Part shown: positions 60,838 through 64,000 of the stretch, piece by piece
Numbering within the stretch: position 1 is the stretch's first letter
Layout: each line of letters begins with the position of its first letter
Source of the DNA: a virus
Length of the DNA stretch: 64,000 nt
Strand: one strand, 5' to 3'
IMG/VR virus record: IMGVR_UViG_3300008265_000001
Notes under the pieces: model-generated
Told to the model about the DNA's origin: nothing
Seen by the model: only the letters and a program-made list of their open reading frames with translations
Databases searched by the model: none
Made by a program: the position numbers and the translations under genes

Positions 60838-61194
60838 TCAATGCCACCAACTAGGCACTTCAATTTTGTGCTGATTCTTAGCAACCCACTCTTTAGCTCT
60901 GGCATACTCATAATCCCTTATGCTACGCTCTGCATCTCTGCAGAACTCGAAAGGTCGGTCACAGACAATACCGTTGTATTTTTTGCAAACATACCAAGCA
61001 CTACCGTAAAACGGGTCATCTTGCACATTAATCGCGTAGGCATCTTTGACAATACCTTCAGCAACTTTTTCAGCAAACGCATCCAAATAGTCTAGTGTGC
61101 GCTGCTTCTTATCTATAACAGGATATTTGCGCCCTGACCAAGACTCGGTAGCTTCGTACAGAGATTCAATCCAACTGCGTAATAATTTTTTCAT
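60838..61194 (-). CDS. hypothetical protein
   Basis: 118-aa ORF. Confidence 0.5.
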   Translation of the reverse strand: MKKLLRSWIESLYEATESWSGRKYPVIDKKQRTLDYLDAFAEKVAEGIVKDAYAINVQDDPFYGSAWYVCKKYNGIVCDRPFEFCRDAERSIRDYEYARAKEWVAKNQHKIEVPSWWH

Positions 61195-61195
61195 G

Positions 61196-61828
61196 TTAAG
61201 CTACAGCCTCTAGGTAGGGATTCCGAACAGTAATCACAGTTTCCTCGTCAGTAATCTCCGACTCAAGCGCAGGATAGCCGCTAGTATTCATGACAGCATC
61301 TTTCCAAAGAATATCTTCGCCATTCACATCTATCATGTTATGCCAAGCTATATGTGGGTAAGAAGGGTCATGAGCCGAGTAGTCCGTCTTGTAAACCGCC
61401 ACATAGGAAATCTCAACAATCTCAGGATTGAGCAACCACCACTTTTTACGCATCAACTGCACAAAGCGCTCGTTGTTATCTTTCTGCTGCTGGTTCAGGT
61501 ATTCGGTGATAGCGCAGTTTTTATTCAGTTGTTCTTCGTAGATAGATTCTAATGTGTCTGAGTGCGACAATTTAATCTCAACGCTTGCTGAAGGTAACTG
61601 CTCTGCAATCTCTTTCAAGTGCTTGATACCTCTGTCAACCAACTCTTCAACTCTAGTAACTGACCAGTCTAAATCTGGCTCATCAGTGTATTTAACTTTA
61701 AGACCTTCACCCTCAAAAGTAATAGAGCGCTCATCCCAATCGATGTCGAAAGTGAAATGAAGTCTCTGAGTACCTCTGGTGAGATATAGATGTTTTTCGG
61801 TAAGGCTGACTTCTGCTGTAAAACTCAT
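61196..61828 (-). CDS. hypothetical protein
   Basis: 210-aa ORF, 1-nt gap to the downstream gene. Confidence 0.5.
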   Translation of the reverse strand: MSFTAEVSLTEKHLYLTRGTQRLHFTFDIDWDERSITFEGEGLKVKYTDEPDLDWSVTRVEELVDRGIKHLKEIAEQLPSASVEIKLSHSDTLESIYEEQLNKNCAITEYLNQQQKDNNERFVQLMRKKWWLLNPEIVEISYVAVYKTDYSAHDPSYPHIAWHNMIDVNGEDILWKDAVMNTSGYPALESEITDEETVITVRNPYLEAVA

Positions 61829-61861
61829 GTTAATAACCTCTAAAATTATTTAATGTGACTC

Positions 61862-61898
61862 GCAGCTAGCGTCAGCTGACGCTAGCTGCAGAAAAGAA
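61862..61898. repeat. 28-nt perfect palindrome GCAGCTAGCGTCAGCTGACGCTAGCTGC overlapping copy 3 of the GCTGACGCT...TGCAGAAAAGAA element
   Basis: Read directly in the 86-nt gap between minus-strand genes. Confidence 0.8.
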
Positions 61899-61914
61899 CG
61901 CCAGTTAAATTGAT

Positions 61915-62358
61915 TTATTGAAACAATGCTATCCAGTCAATCTCATCAACACGTTTCTGAGTTATACTTCCGTCTGTGTTGCTGAAATCCATCAAAGTGT
62001 CATCTACAAAAGGTTTGCCAGCAAATCGGTCTTGATAAAACTGGTCGGTAAATCTCATGATAGTTCTAGTAAGGCATTCATGTAGTGAGTGAATATTTAC
62101 TCGTAGCCATTCAGCCGAAGGCTCTGACCAGTTTAGAGTCTTTTCGTCAAAGAAATAGTCGATAGCCAATGCTTTGTCTTTAGAGGTATGGGGGATAGTG
62201 CGCCTAAAAGATACTTGCCCCTTTTCCCAAGCGAAGTAAATTCTGACTGTGATGCCTAGTTTAGTGCAAAGTCCGACAAGATAAGTCTCAATAATATCTT
62301 GATACTTACTGAGTTGATTTGGGTGAGTTGACATATTATGCCTGTGTAATGTTCTCAC
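61915..62358 (-). CDS. hypothetical protein
   Basis: 147-aa ORF. Confidence 0.5.
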   Translation of the reverse strand: MRTLHRHNMSTHPNQLSKYQDIIETYLVGLCTKLGITVRIYFAWEKGQVSFRRTIPHTSKDKALAIDYFFDEKTLNWSEPSAEWLRVNIHSLHECLTRTIMRFTDQFYQDRFAGKPFVDDTLMDFSNTDGSITQKRVDEIDWIALFQ

Positions 62359-62397
62359 TTAGATTAACACAACCTCACCCGCATTGCAATACCTCTT

Positions 62398-62406
62398 TGG
62401 TACAAT
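62398..62406 (+). promoter_or_regulatory. extended -10 (TGGTACAAT) ending 6 nt before the ATG at 62413 (leaderless-mRNA geometry)
   Basis: TGGTACAATagattcATG read directly. Confidence 0.4.
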
Positions 62407-62412
62407 AGATTC

Positions 62413-63813
62413 ATGACCATACTCTTCAGCATTTGCGTTGACACCACAGAAAAAGTAATTAAGCAGCAAACCATCACAGCCGCTTCTTTACCTATCATAG
62501 CAACTATTCTCAACTCATCTGATGTAAATATCACATCAACACTGTTTGGCATCTCCTCTCTACCATTAGACGCAAGCTACTGGACAGTCACAGGCAACAC
62601 CTGCAATAATAGCAGTGATATAAATTTTGGATTCGCCCTAACTGACTATGCGTTACCCCTCAAACTCCGCCTTACTACCTCTGACGGCATTATCGTTGCT
62701 AATGCTGCACTTTTGGATGTAACCGTAGAAACTGGCTCAGAACTGACTTTATACGCTGATACAGGCGTAACACTGACACTGGACTTCGGCACGGCTACGC
62801 TCAGCAACGCGATACTCAACCTACTCTTCAAGGGTAACAACACTTTCCCCAGCGCACTCAGTGCCAAATATTACGACAACAGCGATGCATTGCAAGCAAC
62901 CATTTCCCTGATGCCGAGCAAATGGTCAGAAAAAGAAGTCGGTACACTTGGCGAGATATTTTTCGAGTATGGTAACACACAGACGCTCCCTACGATAAAC
63001 AGTATTGTGAATTTGGCGCGAATAACTGATGCCAGTAACAATATTTGGTTCGAGGCAGACATATCTATACCTACGAACTTGAAGCCAAGTTCTATCATTT
63101 ACTCTAATAGCTTAGTATTAAGAATCCAAGACCCAGAGATAAATCTGGCGACATATACTTCGCCAAGCAACAATTCGAGCCTTCTGCACTTAGATTTCAA
63201 TGGACGGCTGAGTGACCAAAGCAGTAATTCAAAAATTGCATCGATGTCGGGTATCGAGTATGACTCAGAAAATAAATTATTTGGAACTGAGTGTCTAGTG
63301 GCTTCTGCGGGTACATCTATATCTTACGAGGGAGTAGTGTTTCCTAATGAATTTACACTGAATGCTTTTGTATATTTTACGACAGCCGCAGCAGGTCGTT
63401 TGACGACGTTGGCAGAAAAGAATGGGGTGTTCAAGTTAGCCAAAACTTCGAGTAATAACCTTGAGGTGTCAATAAACAATTCGGTGATTATTTCAACTTC
63501 GTGGGTTCCAGCTATAAATACATGGAATCACGTTTGGGTGCAAAAAACAGGCTCTCAGCTACGTTTGCGGGTCAATAGTGCAGACATAAACACGATAGCT
63601 TCTTATGCGACTACAACAGCAAGCAACAGCAACCCATTCGTAGTTTGCTCAGGGATTTTGGGGCTTTGCAACGGAATTTACCTCAGTTCAAGTAGTGCCG
63701 AGACTTTTGCGCCTTTTGTCCAGCCGTTGCCGAAGAGACGAAATTGTTGGGATGATATTTCGGTTTACGAGTGGCTAAATCTGGGGTTTTTACAATTGAA
63801 GAGCTATTTTTAG
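62413..63813 (+). CDS. 466-aa LamG-like fibre/adhesin protein
   Basis: LHLDFNGRLSDQSSNS...FTLNAFVYF...NTWNHVWVQKTGSQLRLRVNS is a Laminin_G_3-type pattern. The N-terminal half resembles 50604..51011. Confidence 0.6.
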   Translation: MTILFSICVDTTEKVIKQQTITAASLPIIATILNSSDVNITSTLFGISSLPLDASYWTVTGNTCNNSSDINFGFALTDYALPLKLRLTTSDGIIVANAALLDVTVETGSELTLYADTGVTLTLDFGTATLSNAILNLLFKGNNTFPSALSAKYYDNSDALQATISLMPSKWSEKEVGTLGEIFFEYGNTQTLPTINSIVNLARITDASNNIWFEADISIPTNLKPSSIIYSNSLVLRIQDPEINLATYTSPSNNSSLLHLDFNGRLSDQSSNSKIASMSGIEYDSENKLFGTECLVASAGTSISYEGVVFPNEFTLNAFVYFTTAAAGRLTTLAEKNGVFKLAKTSSNNLEVSINNSVIISTSWVPAINTWNHVWVQKTGSQLRLRVNSADINTIASYATTTASNSNPFVVCSGILGLCNGIYLSSSSAETFAPFVQPLPKRRNCWDDISVYEWLNLGFLQLKSYF

Positions 63814-63844
63814 GGTAGAATAAATAAAACCTAAAGGAACAAAC

Positions 63845-64000
63845 ATGGAACTCGATTTTAGTAAGCTTACGGAAAATCAGATACGAATCGCGGAGAAGGC
63901 TCAGGGGCTGGCTTTAGTAGACTTGAGTGAGAAAAATAGTGAAATGGTGTCGGAGCATCTTTCGATATTGTTTCAGATTCTGGAAATGAGCGAAGTTTTT
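63845..64000 (+). CDS. 5' part of a CDS running off the right edge
   Basis: ATG preceded by AAAGGAA 7 nt upstream; open for 52 codons to the window end. Confidence 0.4.
   Translation, partial: MELDFSKLTENQIRIAEKAQGLALVDLSEKNSEMVSEHLSILFQILEMSEVF

Noticed and set aside
62364-62552. 62-aa minus-strand ORF overlapping the start of 62413..63813
   Set aside because: It overlaps the promoter and 5' end of a confident + strand gene and has no supporting signals.
1-64000. Search for CRISPR arrays, a diversity-generating retroelement, an integrase/att site, a terminase, and group I introns around the homing endonucleases
   Set aside because: I noticed no regularly spaced 25-40-nt direct repeats. 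No reverse-transcriptase, recombinase or Walker-A terminase motifs appear in any listed ORF. All three GIY-YIG genes sit between intact genes, so they are free-standing rather than intron-borne. This scan was done by eye, so short or degenerate elements could have been missed.

Overview
The window reads as gene-dense tailed dsDNA phage DNA, moderately AT-rich by eye. I saw no rRNA, CRISPR array, reverse transcriptase, integrase, terminase or DNA polymerase. From 0 to 21 kb the + strand carries a siphovirus-like morphogenesis block: Gly-zipper/ANF-motif virion proteins, an acidic scaffold-like protein, a decoration-like protein, a capsid candidate, connector genes, a tail-tube candidate, a gpG/gpGT-type -1 frameshift chaperone pair, a 1923-aa tape measure and distal tail genes. 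The remaining 43 kb is a mosaic with many strand switches. It holds two receptor-binding cassettes on opposite strands and very large LamG/FN3/FG-GAP adhesin-like proteins. It also holds a portal candidate far from the head module, RuvC, KilA-N and a secreted RlpA-like protein next to two tiny unannotated membrane ORFs. The accessory elements are the most unusual part. (1) Two inverted copies of a divergent RHH / GIY-YIG-NUMOD3 cassette share a 25-nt back-to-back promoter core and bracket a 4.3-kb convergent segment that ends in two tRNA-like genes. (2) A third GIY-YIG endonuclease is fused to four AP2-like repeats. (3) Two paralogous regulatory modules each consist of an 18-nt motif, a repeat-laden leader and a paralogous gene. 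(4) A 25-nt element recurs three times, twice embedded in long palindromes. (5) An ORF is split at a G7 homopolymer. Every functional call rests on motif recognition by eye; no database search was possible.
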